Below, in pieces: positions 9,244 to 17,471 of a stretch of DNA of 32,000 bases. Position 1 is the stretch's first letter; every line of letters begins with the position of its first letter. The notes beneath the pieces were generated by a model. The model was not told the origin of the DNA. It was given only the letters and a program-made list of their open reading frames with translations, and searched no databases. The stretch lies in the NCBI GenBank assembly GCA_031316235.1, contig JALDRA010000001.1, positions 2,940,001-2,972,000 on the forward strand. The letters are read 5' to 3'. A program made the translations under genes and the position numbers. Origin of the DNA: Candidatus Scalindua sp. (GTDB lineage Bacteria; Planctomycetota; Brocadiia; Brocadiales; Scalinduaceae).

Positions 9244-10290
9244 GTGCCATTACCGACTATAGAATGGATTGGTGGAATCGATGGAAAGATAAAGATCATA
9301 GATCAGACACTGTTGCCTAAAGAATTGAAGTACAGTTACTGCTGCGATTTAAAAGATATTTATCATGCAATTAAGACCTTAATGGTCAGGGGCGCACCCG
9401 CAATAGGAATTGCAGCTGCAATGGGAACGGTATTGGGGATTGGAAAGAGTAATTCAGGGAATTTTGAAGATTTCATGAAGGATTTGAAAGAGACCACGGC
9501 CTACCTGGGTTCTTCTCGGCCGACAGCGGTAAATTTGTTCTGGGGTTTAAAGAGGATGGAAGATACCGCCTTGAGGAACCGCCATAAGCCGGTTGCAGAT
9601 ATAAAAAATGCATTACTTGATGAGGCAAAAACTATTCTTGAAGAAGATAAGGAGATTTGTCGCAGGATCGGAGAAAATGGGGAGGCACTCATAAAAGATG
9701 GAGGCAATGTTCTTACTCATTGCAATGCAGGAGGGCTGGCTACCTCTTATTTTGGTACCGCATTAGCTTTGATCTTTGCCGCTCATGAAAAGGGTAAATC
9801 TGTCCATGTCTATGCGGATGAGACACGGCCTCTTCTCCAGGGCTCCCGGCTCACGGCATGGGAACTCAAGAATGCGGGCATTGATGTTACCTTGATATGT
9901 GATAATATGGCTGCTCATACAATGAAAGAAAAAAAGGTTGATTGTGTCATTGTCGGTGCGGACAGAATTACCGCGAATGGTGATGCTGCCAATAAGATCG
10001 GCACCTACAGCCTTTCAATCATTGCGAAGGAACATGGCATCCCTTTTTACGTTGCCGCACCCTCTTCGACCTTTGATTTGAGCCTGGCATCAGGTGCTGA
10101 AATTCCAATTGAGGAGAGAAGTTCTGAAGAAGTGACTCATATTCAAGGCAAGAGGATAGCCCCTGAAGGTATAAAAGTGTTTAATCCTGCCTTTGATGTT
10201 ACTCCTGCCGGGAATATAAAGGCCATTATAACGGAAAAAGGTGTGATCAATGACCCCACGACGGAAAAGGTTAAAAGAACAATTCAGTAA
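9244..10290 (+). CDS. mtnA: S-methyl-5-thioribose-1-phosphate isomerase (eIF-2B-like family)
   Basis: GTG start 6 nt after AAGGAG. Motifs: IIDQTLLPKE, MVRGAPAIGIAAA, SRPTAVNLFW, THCNAG, ADETRPLLQG, VGADRITANGDAANKIGTY, AFDVTP. Confidence 0.9.
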   Translation: MPLPTIEWIGGIDGKIKIIDQTLLPKELKYSYCCDLKDIYHAIKTLMVRGAPAIGIAAAMGTVLGIGKSNSGNFEDFMKDLKETTAYLGSSRPTAVNLFWGLKRMEDTALRNRHKPVADIKNALLDEAKTILEEDKEICRRIGENGEALIKDGGNVLTHCNAGGLATSYFGTALALIFAAHEKGKSVHVYADETRPLLQGSRLTAWELKNAGIDVTLICDNMAAHTMKEKKVDCVIVGADRITANGDAANKIGTYSLSIIAKEHGIPFYVAAPSSTFDLSLASGAEIPIEERSSEEVTHIQGKRIAPEGIKVFNPAFDVTPAGNIKAIITEKGVINDPTTEKVKRTIQ

Positions 10291-10303
10291 GTTTGAAGTT
10301 AAT

Positions 10304-10415
10304 TATACTAAAACCGATTTGGTTTTCGGTAAAACCTGAAACCAAATCTTGGTGAAGGTATACTCGCTCAATTTTATCTCGGATTTTATCCGAAAACCAA
10401 TATGAGATGAGTATA
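10304..10415 (+). mobile_element. MITE-like repeat, copy B (112 bp, short variant)
   Basis: TATACTAAAACCGATTTGGTTTTCGG...CCGAAAACCAATATGAGATGAGTATA. It starts 13 nt after the mtnA stop codon. Confidence 0.85.
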
Positions 10416-10460
10416 AAAAAGTGACCGGGATTTTAAACAACTAAATAAGGAGAACATCTT

Positions 10461-10802
10461 GTGGCATCTTTCAAACACTTTATCTTGTTCAGCGTCATGG
10501 TATTGTTTATCACGTTGTTTTCTTTAGGGTGTGGATCTCAAGGTACAACAACAATATTTAAATGGACTCCGGTTGGAAGTATGAAAGATAGTGTTACTGT
10601 TCCTGAAGAGCTGAGCAGTGAACTGGAAGTTCAGAAAGAGCGGGAAGATACGAAAAGGATGAAGCGGCTGCAGGAAAACGCAAAGAAAGAGTCTTTCAAG
10701 CAAAAAACTCCAACTAAAAGTGTGACGGAAGAGACTGCGGAAGAGGCAAAGGAAGAGTTACCGGGCGAAACAATTGATAGTAAAGCAGTAATAAAACCGT
10801 AG
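10461..10802 (+). CDS. Small secreted, probably lipidated, Glu/Lys-rich protein
   Basis: GTG start 8 nt after AAGGAG. There is a hydrophobic leader ending in LFSLGC, followed by a low-complexity charged tail. I recognise no homolog. Confidence 0.45.
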   Translation: MASFKHFILFSVMVLFITLFSLGCGSQGTTTIFKWTPVGSMKDSVTVPEELSSELEVQKEREDTKRMKRLQENAKKESFKQKTPTKSVTEETAEEAKEELPGETIDSKAVIKP

Positions 10803-11053
10803 TTTGTCATTTCTCAGCCAAGCTGCGAACTGGCGTTTGGGGAAAGTACGGCAATTCTGACTGAAAGGGCTGGATAACACAGGTTCTTGACTGCTGCCTG
10901 CTTCAGGCAGCATAAGGCTGATCGCCGTTCTGGATGCCAACTTTAAGCCGAAAGCCTTAAACCCTGTCGCATCGCGTAGAGAGTAATTTCCTGGAATTCT
11001 TCAAACGTTATTCTTCTATCGATTTTGTAAAACATAAGGAAGACGATTTCTCC

Positions 11054-11620
11054 ATGATACTCATAATAGATAACTATGACTCCTTTACCTATAATCTTGT
11101 GCAGCAAATTGGAGCACTTGGTGCTGATATTGAAGTCGTGAGAAACGATAAAATTACGATTCCTGAGATACAAAAGAGAGATTTGAGCCATATCATTATC
11201 TCTCCCGGACCGTGTACGCCGAAAGAGGGTGGGATATCCAATGATGTTATCAGGACTTTTGCGGGCAGGATTCCAATCCTGGGTGTCTGTCTGGGGCATC
11301 AATGCATTGCGTATACCTACGGAGCAGAGGTCATCAGGGCAAAAAGGATAATGCACGGTAAGACATCTTTGATATACCATAATAACACAGCTGTTTTCAA
11401 GGGTTTGATGAATCCCTTCGAAGCGACCCGCTATCACTCCCTGATTGTGAATAAGGAGACATTGCCCGATTGTTTCGAAATTACCGCATATGCGGACAAA
11501 GATGAAATTATGGGCATAAGGCATAAAGAGATCCCGTTGGAAGGCGTGCAATTCCATCCTGAATCTTTCTTGACGGTTGAGGGTACAAAGTTAATGCAGA
11601 ACTTTCTTGATTACAACTAG
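11054..11620 (+). CDS. trpG: Glutamine amidotransferase subunit of anthranilate/aminodeoxychorismate synthase
   Basis: [25 protein letters not shown], the triad context ILGVCLGHQ, and GVQFHPES. I cannot separate TrpG from PabA by eye. Confidence 0.9.
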   Translation: MILIIDNYDSFTYNLVQQIGALGADIEVVRNDKITIPEIQKRDLSHIIISPGPCTPKEGGISNDVIRTFAGRIPILGVCLGHQCIAYTYGAEVIRAKRIMHGKTSLIYHNNTAVFKGLMNPFEATRYHSLIVNKETLPDCFEITAYADKDEIMGIRHKEIPLEGVQFHPESFLTVEGTKLMQNFLDYN

Positions 11621-11742
11621 TGGCGGAACCAACTACCCATCTCCCGCGTTGCTGCAGCAATTCCGTAATCCTCACGTACTTGAGCGCGCTCTGGTTCCGG
11701 AATCGTTACGCGCCTTTAATCTGGGCAGTTGGTTCCGCCACT
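11619..11742. repeat. GC-rich 124-nt nested inverted repeat (orphan MITE or structured RNA)
   Basis: The 21-nt arms AGTGGCGGAACCAACTACCCA and TGGGCAGTTGGTTCCGCCACT pair at 20 of 21 positions. They enclose 82 nt containing the inner pairings CGCGT/ACGCG and ATTCCG/CGGAAT and the palindromes TGCTGCAGCA and GAGCGCGCTC. The trpG stop codon lies in the left arm. Confidence 0.5.
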
Positions 11743-11816
11743 GAATGAGTGCACAGCCTTGAAATTTTTGATTCACTTTTAGTTCGTTGTTCTGCAAATA
11801 GTCGCAAATTATTAAG

Positions 11817-12770
11817 ATGGAATACTTCATTGATCAGTTATTAGATACCCTAGAGAAAAAAGAGAGTTGTTCCGTTGTGGGTCTCGATCCTCAATTGGAA
11901 TCTATTCCTGATGAAATTATCACTAACGCTTTTAAGAAAAAAGGGGGATTATTAGAGAGTGGTGCCAGGGCAATAACTGATTTTAACAGACGAATAATCG
12001 ATGTGGTTCAGCCCCATGTAGGGGTAATTAAGCTTCAAATAGCATTTTATGAACTGCTTGGAGTCTGGGGGCTAAATGCATATTCTGATACGATAACATA
12101 TGCAAAAAAAAAAGAGCTGCTCGTGATCGGAGACATTAAAAGGGGAGATGTTTCTCATACCGCAGAGGCTTACGCCGCTGCACATCTGGGGATTACTGAA
12201 TTTAGAGGCATGCAGGAAACCGCCTTTGGGGTAGATGCCGTTACCCTTAACCCCTACTTGGGATCAGACAGTATCCTGCCTTTCATCAAGGTGGCGAAAC
12301 AATACGGTAAGGGGTTGTTTATACTTGTTAAGACCTCAAATCCCTCTTCGAAAGAGATTCAGGACTTGTCATGTGAAAAGAGTGTTGTCCATCAAAAAGT
12401 TGCAGAGCAGGTAGATACATGGGGTAAAGAGATAACAGGGAAGAGGGGATATTGTTCAATTGGTGCGGTGGTGGCGCCGACAAATCTTGAAACGGTCCGA
12501 ACTCTCAGGTCTTTGATGCCTAACGCATATTTTCTTGTACCTGGTTATGGAGCGCAGGGAGGTCGTGCAGAGGACCTCATCAACTGTTTCAATAAGGATG
12601 GTTTTGGTGCCATTGTTAACTCTTCCCGCGGGATAATAAATGCTTATACCCGTGAACCCTGGAAAGAGAAATTTGGTATGAAGCACTGGGAAGATGCGGT
12701 GGAAGAAGCTATCGTAGTCATGAATAAAGAATTGAAAGCGGTGACAAAAAAAGTCCGGGAAAAGAGTTAA
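11817..12770 (+). CDS. pyrF: Orotidine 5'-phosphate decarboxylase, type 2
   Basis: Motifs VVGLDPQLESIP, IGDIKRGDVSHT, VDAVTLNPYLG, LVKTSNPSS and VPGYGAQGG are diagnostic of long-type PyrF. Confidence 0.9.
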   Translation: MEYFIDQLLDTLEKKESCSVVGLDPQLESIPDEIITNAFKKKGGLLESGARAITDFNRRIIDVVQPHVGVIKLQIAFYELLGVWGLNAYSDTITYAKKKELLVIGDIKRGDVSHTAEAYAAAHLGITEFRGMQETAFGVDAVTLNPYLGSDSILPFIKVAKQYGKGLFILVKTSNPSSKEIQDLSCEKSVVHQKVAEQVDTWGKEITGKRGYCSIGAVVAPTNLETVRTLRSLMPNAYFLVPGYGAQGGRAEDLINCFNKDGFGAIVNSSRGIINAYTREPWKEKFGMKHWEDAVEEAIVVMNKELKAVTKKVREKS

Positions 12771-12821
12771 ATTGATTCTTTAAATTTTCTGTGAATTATC
12801 CTGAGGTATAAAAAAGGTTAT

Positions 12822-13313
12822 ATGATGAGAGCTAAAGATTTTGCCGATGAGCTGGTATCTGCCGGCTTCGATTTTTTTACGGGTGTTCCCTGCTCAATTA
12901 TTGGAAACCTGATTTTAGAACTTACCGCTAGGCCCGATATTGCCTATGTACCGGCGGTCAGAGAAGATGTTGCTGTAGGTATTGCAGGCGGTGCTTATAT
13001 GGCAGGAAAAAAACCCGTAGTCCTAATGCAGAATTCGGGGCTTGGGCAATGCTTGAATGCCCTTACTTCCCTGAACCTTATCTACGAACTTCCCTGCCTC
13101 TTGGTAGTTACCTGGAGAGGGTTTGAAGGCAAAGATGCTCCGGAACACATCGTAATGGGTGAGACATGTGACAGGATTCTTGATACAATAGGCATTGTTC
13201 ACCATACACTCAGCGGCGATAATGTCAAAGAGCTTATTAAAGAATCATTTACCCATATCATTGAGAAAAAAACACCTACAGCTCTTTTTTTAAAAAAAGG
13301 GATAATTGAATGA
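12822..13313 (+). CDS. Phosphonopyruvate decarboxylase, alpha (N-terminal ThDP) subunit
   Basis: FDFFTGVPCS, MQNSGLG and TWRGFEGKDAPEHIVMG resemble Ppd (FFTGVPDS, WRGxPGxKDEPQH) more than methanogen ComD. It is adjacent to the beta subunit and phnW. Confidence 0.75.
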   Translation: MMRAKDFADELVSAGFDFFTGVPCSIIGNLILELTARPDIAYVPAVREDVAVGIAGGAYMAGKKPVVLMQNSGLGQCLNALTSLNLIYELPCLLVVTWRGFEGKDAPEHIVMGETCDRILDTIGIVHHTLSGDNVKELIKESFTHIIEKKTPTALFLKKGIIE

Positions 13314-13870
13314 ATTGCAGGGAAGCAGTAAAAACAGTAACAGCAATATTAAATGATCAATTAGTAATATGCGCTAACGGCATAATAAGCCGGGAAACGT
13401 TCACGGCCAGAGACAGGGCGGAAAATTTTTACATGATAGGATCCATGGGTTTGGCATCATCTATTGGTCTGGGAGTGGCATTAAGTAACCAGTCACGAAA
13501 GGTAATAGTTTTTGATGGTGATGGGAATCTGTTGATGAATCTCGGATCTCTCACGATGGTGGGTACACTCCGGCCTAAGAATTTTCTGCATATTGTATTT
13601 GATAACGAAGCTTATGGCTCGACAGGCAATCAACCTACCGTATCGAACATGATAGCCCTTGAGAATATTGCAAAATCAGCCGGATACCTCTATGCTAAGA
13701 AAATTGCCGAAAAGGAATGCCTGATACAGGAGGTTAATCAACTCCTGGAGCTGGAGGGTCCTTCATTCCTTCTTGTTAAGATTTCCAGGTATGCGGGGGA
13801 GACAGACGCCGGCAGGGTAGCTCTTAGCCCTGAACAGATAAAAGGCCGTTTTATGACTGCTATGCAGTAG
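13310..13870 (+). CDS. Phosphonopyruvate decarboxylase, beta (C-terminal ThDP-binding) subunit
   Basis: A 4-nt ATGA overlap with the alpha subunit suggests translational coupling. The ThDP motif is GDGNLLMNLGSL...FDNEAYGSTGNQ. Confidence 0.75.
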   Translation: MNCREAVKTVTAILNDQLVICANGIISRETFTARDRAENFYMIGSMGLASSIGLGVALSNQSRKVIVFDGDGNLLMNLGSLTMVGTLRPKNFLHIVFDNEAYGSTGNQPTVSNMIALENIAKSAGYLYAKKIAEKECLIQEVNQLLELEGPSFLLVKISRYAGETDAGRVALSPEQIKGRFMTAMQ

Positions 13871-13951
13871 TACTTGTCTGGCCGGCTGTTCCGGGGAGAG
13901 GGTGTTGATTAATGTTTTTTCTGCTGTACGGTATTTTTTAGGGAGTCTGAA

Positions 13952-15034
13952 TTGAGAAAGATGATTTTGTTGAATCCTGGTCCTGTATGTACCTCTGAAA
14001 GAGTAAGAAAGGCACTGTTACGCGGTGATATGTGCCATCGGGAAAAGGAGTTTTCGAAGATCTTGAAAGGAGTACGCAAAAAAATTATCCAGGCCTTCGC
14101 ACCAGATGGTGATTACACAACAGCAGTCATTACAGGTTCTGGTACCGCGTCTTTGGAGGCGGGAGTATGTTCTTCGGTAAGTGAGGGGAAAAAACTCCTG
14201 GTTGTAGACAATGGGGTTTATGGTGACAGGATAGCCCGCATTGCATCTGCACATAAAATTGATAAGGTTGTGCTGAAATATGATTGGTTTAAACTGCCGG
14301 ACATTGCAGAGATAGAAGAGACGGTATCGAAGGATAAAGATATTGAGGTGATTGCCATGGTACACCATGAGACTACGACAGGTTTGTTAAATCCTGTCCA
14401 TAGTATTGGTGAAATAGCAAAAAAATATAAAAGGTCCTTTCTCGTTGATTCTATAAGCGGTCTTGGTGGTGAAAAGATTGATCTGGTCAATGATAACGTG
14501 GATATTTGTATTGGTTCGGCAAATAAATGTATTCAGGGCCTGCCCGGATTATCATTTGTTCTGCTGAAGAAATCTGAACTAGACAGGCTCAGAAGTATTC
14601 CAGCACGATCTCTCTATTTTCATCTGGTTTCCCAAATTGATGATCAGGAGGAGAGGGGAGAATGTCCCTTCACACCTTCGGTACATACATTTTATGCCTT
14701 TGAAGAGGCTTTAGATGAACTACTGGAAGAGGGTGTTGCGAATCGGATAAAAAGGTATCAAAGGGCTTCGGGATTTCTCCGAAGAGAATTCAAGAATTTA
14801 CATTTAGAATTCCTCCTGCCTGTCAAACTTCGTTCTAATACCATCACTGCATTAAATTTACCCGATAGCATGACATATACCCTTCTGCATGATAGGTTAA
14901 AGGAAAGAGGCTTTGTTATCTATGCGGGGCAGGGGCAATTACATGCAAAAATATTCAGGATTGCAAACATGGGAGAACTGTCTATGCAAGATTTGGAAGA
15001 GTTTATCAGAAATTTTAAAGATATCATAAACTGA
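13952..15034 (+). CDS. phnW: 2-aminoethylphosphonate:pyruvate aminotransferase
   Basis: LLNPGPV, SANKCIQGLPGLSFVL, RLKERGFVIYAGQ and FRIANMGEL closely parallel enterobacterial PhnW as recalled (SSANKCIQGVPGFAFV, RLKEQGFVIYPGK, FRIGNIGEV). The TTG start at 13952 is 6 nt after GGGAG; an alternative ATG is at 13961. Confidence 0.85.
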   Translation: MRKMILLNPGPVCTSERVRKALLRGDMCHREKEFSKILKGVRKKIIQAFAPDGDYTTAVITGSGTASLEAGVCSSVSEGKKLLVVDNGVYGDRIARIASAHKIDKVVLKYDWFKLPDIAEIEETVSKDKDIEVIAMVHHETTTGLLNPVHSIGEIAKKYKRSFLVDSISGLGGEKIDLVNDNVDICIGSANKCIQGLPGLSFVLLKKSELDRLRSIPARSLYFHLVSQIDDQEERGECPFTPSVHTFYAFEEALDELLEEGVANRIKRYQRASGFLRREFKNLHLEFLLPVKLRSNTITALNLPDSMTYTLLHDRLKERGFVIYAGQGQLHAKIFRIANMGELSMQDLEEFIRNFKDIIN

Positions 15035-15082
15035 AGTATCAACTTTGTTGTTGTGATGGGGTTGATGAGCAGAAATGATGAA

Positions 15083-15194
15083 TATACTAAAATCGATTTG
15101 GTTTTTGGTTTTACCTGAAACCAAATCCTGGTGAAGGTATGCTCGCTCAACTTTATCCCGGATTTTATCCGAAAACCATTATGAGATGAGTATA
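15083..15194 (+). mobile_element. MITE-like repeat, copy C (112 bp, short variant)
   Basis: TATACTAAAATCGATTTGGTTTTTGG...CCGAAAACCATTATGAGATGAGTATA. It lies between phnW and the cytidylyltransferase gene. Confidence 0.85.
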
Positions 15195-15235
15195 ACAAGA
15201 AAGTAACGTAAAAATTTTAAAGGATACTGAACACT

Positions 15236-15967
15236 ATGAAGGTCATAATATTAGCAGCAGGTGTAGGAAAGAGGATGTCGTCAGTAACAGGTCAGACTCC
15301 CAAATGTCTCATTAAGATAGGGGAAAAGACGCTTCTGGAAAATTATCTTGAATCTTTTCATGCACTGGGGTTACAGGAAATTGTCATTGTTGTTGGTCAT
15401 CATAAAGAGAAGATCCAGGAAACGATAAAAACCAAAGGTAAGAGTTTTAATATACGATATATAGAAAATGAACAGTACACAAAGGGCAGCATTCTCTCTT
15501 TGTGGTATGCCAGAAATGAGTTAGATGAAGACACATTGATTATGGATGCTGATGTCTTGTTTCACAAGAAGTTACTGGCAAAGTTGGTAACCTCAAAAGA
15601 TCAAAACTGTTTTTTGTTAGATGAGGATTTTGAAGATTCCGGTGAAGAGATGAAGTTATTTGTTGCAGGGGGTAGGGTAATCGGAATCTCAAAACAATCT
15701 TCTTATGATTCTGAATTAGTAGGTGAAGGGGTAGGTTTTCTGAAACTTTCTCAAGCAGGAGGTGCTATCCTTAAAGATGTGCTTGAAGAGTTTGAGAGAA
15801 ATGGCAAGGTCAATGTCGAATACGAAGATGCCTTGCACGAACTCCTGTCGAGCTGTCCTGTCGGATTTGAAAGAGTGGGAGATCTCCCGTGGATAGAAAT
15901 CGATTTTGAATCAGACATTGAAAAGGCAAAAAATGAAATTTTACCAAGGTTGCTAATATGTCCATAA
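15236..15967 (+). CDS. LicC/PntC-like cytidylyltransferase (predicted CMP-AEP synthase)
   Basis: Nucleotidyltransferase P-loop MKVIILAAGVGKRM...PKCL. Size (243 aa) and the position after ppd and phnW fit an AEP cytidylyltransferase. The substrate is inferred from context. Confidence 0.7.
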   Translation: MKVIILAAGVGKRMSSVTGQTPKCLIKIGEKTLLENYLESFHALGLQEIVIVVGHHKEKIQETIKTKGKSFNIRYIENEQYTKGSILSLWYARNELDEDTLIMDADVLFHKKLLAKLVTSKDQNCFLLDEDFEDSGEEMKLFVAGGRVIGISKQSSYDSELVGEGVGFLKLSQAGGAILKDVLEEFERNGKVNVEYEDALHELLSSCPVGFERVGDLPWIEIDFESDIEKAKNEILPRLLICP

Positions 15968-17256
15968 CTGCCATAATAATCTTCTCCGATAGTTCCGAGA
16001 ATGGTACCACAGCAGAATGGTACAGAAGGGAAATTGCATCTACGCCACTATACAAGCACTGTATCCTTTCTGCCAGTAAGGCAGGGATAACAAAGTTTGT
16101 TTTTCTGGGGTGCGGTTTAAAAGAAGAGATAGAAAATGGCCTCAGGGTGGAGAGGCAAATTGAGTGCGATATGGTATGGTATGACAGGGAGGCAACCATG
16201 TCTCTGGGCAAGGTGATTGCCGATGAAATTTCGAAAGATGAAAAGTTCTTTATCATTAAGGCAAATTCCCTCTTTGATTACCGAGTTCTTGGTTTCCTGG
16301 CAGGGAATACTTCTGACGACACGATTGCAGCAGTTGTCAGGCGAGACAGATCAGAAATATTTAAAAACAGTTCAATGAACAGTATTGCAGAAGACCTCAA
16401 TTTACAAGATAAGATACACGGCGGGATTGTTGCAACCTCTCGAAACATTTTAAACATTCTGGATCCTCAAATTTCAGTACGCTCTCTTGAGAGTTTGCTT
16501 GAGATGCTGGAGAGGGAAAATCTTCTGAAGTCTGTAACAGTAAAAGAGTATTTACACGAGGAGGTAGACTCTGAGGAGAGCCTGCTATCGGGAGAGAAAA
16601 AGCTTTATCAATCGTTGGGGAGTTCATCAGATAGTCCCGTTCTTGATAAATATATTATACGCAGGATATCAAGGTGTATTTCTCGTTTATCCTTGAAAAC
16701 GCCTGTTACCCCAAATCAGGTTACCATTATCAGTTTGGTCTTGGGCCTCTTGTCTGGATTTTTCTTCTCTTTCGGTGAATTTACCTACGGGATTTCCGGT
16801 GGCGTTCTTTATTTTCTGTCTGTAATTTTTGACCAGTGTGATGGCGAAATTGCAAGGTTAAAATATATGGAATCAGAATCGGGAAGAATCCTTGATATAA
16901 TTACCGATACGGTAGTGAATGCTGCAATTGTTGTGGGAATTACCGCTGGAATTTACAGGAATAATGGTTCTGGTTTTATCATTATCTTGGGACTCCTGGC
17001 GATGCTTGGTATCTCGCTCTCTCTTCTTTTGACAACAATTTTAAAAAAGGAGGGGGTGGGGGATAATAGTTCCAATGGCTTTTTTGATAAACTGAACAAT
17101 AAAGATTTCTTTTACATAATCATCATACTCTGTATTTTGACTGATCAAATGATATGGTTTCTCTGGGTAATGGCTGTCGGTACAAATTTCTATTGGTTAG
17201 CACTCAAGGCAGTACACCCCATGAGACGTCTGATATTCTTTTCTGTCCGGAGATGA
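15958..17256 (+). CDS. Fusion of a degenerate nucleotidyltransferase-like domain with a CDP-alcohol phosphotransferase
   Basis: A 10-nt overlap with the upstream gene. The complete motif D-x2-DG-x2-AR-x8-G-x3-D-x3-D is present in FDQCDGEIARLKYMESESGRILDIITD, and the C-terminal half has multiple TM helices. The roughly 200-aa N-terminal domain lacks the GxGxR loop. Confidence 0.8.
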   Translation: MSITAIIIFSDSSENGTTAEWYRREIASTPLYKHCILSASKAGITKFVFLGCGLKEEIENGLRVERQIECDMVWYDREATMSLGKVIADEISKDEKFFIIKANSLFDYRVLGFLAGNTSDDTIAAVVRRDRSEIFKNSSMNSIAEDLNLQDKIHGGIVATSRNILNILDPQISVRSLESLLEMLERENLLKSVTVKEYLHEEVDSEESLLSGEKKLYQSLGSSSDSPVLDKYIIRRISRCISRLSLKTPVTPNQVTIISLVLGLLSGFFFSFGEFTYGISGGVLYFLSVIFDQCDGEIARLKYMESESGRILDIITDTVVNAAIVVGITAGIYRNNGSGFIIILGLLAMLGISLSLLLTTILKKEGVGDNSSNGFFDKLNNKDFFYIIIILCILTDQMIWFLWVMAVGTNFYWLALKAVHPMRRLIFFSVRR

Positions 17257-17370
17257 AAAATTTAGTTAATGGTCGAACGGAAACTACCCATATACTGAGT
17301 TGTGGCAATAATTCTGAAATCATGAAATGCATGACGTTATGAAATCAGCGCTTCATCTATCCGGGCAGTT

Positions 17371-17398
17371 TTGGTTCAGTCACTCCCTGGTATATAAT
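17371..17398 (+). promoter_or_regulatory. Candidate sigma70 promoter for the MPGP-family phosphatase gene
   Basis: TTGGTT (17371-17376), 16-nt spacer, TATAAT (17393-17398). It lies about 75 nt upstream of ATG 17472. Confidence 0.3.
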
Positions 17399-17471
17399 AT
17401 TTATTTGTTCTTGTTCCTCAGAAACAGGATGATTTTCTTGGGAGTAGTTGGTAAAATTGCTGATTTAGGCT

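Noticed and set aside
10943-11557. 204-aa ORF on the minus strand
   Set aside because: It is entirely antisense to the well-supported trpG/pabA gene and has no recognisable motifs. It is a shadow ORF.
11619-11742. Inverted repeat considered as an integron attC site
   Set aside because: The arm ends do not match the RYYYAAC/GTTRRRY cores (GTTGGTT fails the purine positions). There is no integrase or cassette context.
11817-12770. Gene directly upstream of the phosphonopyruvate decarboxylase, considered as the missing PEP mutase
   Set aside because: The motifs (GLDPQ, DIKRGD, NPYLG, VKTSNPSS, PGYGAQGG) are those of type-2 OMP decarboxylase. There is no EDK..NS-type PEP mutase signature.
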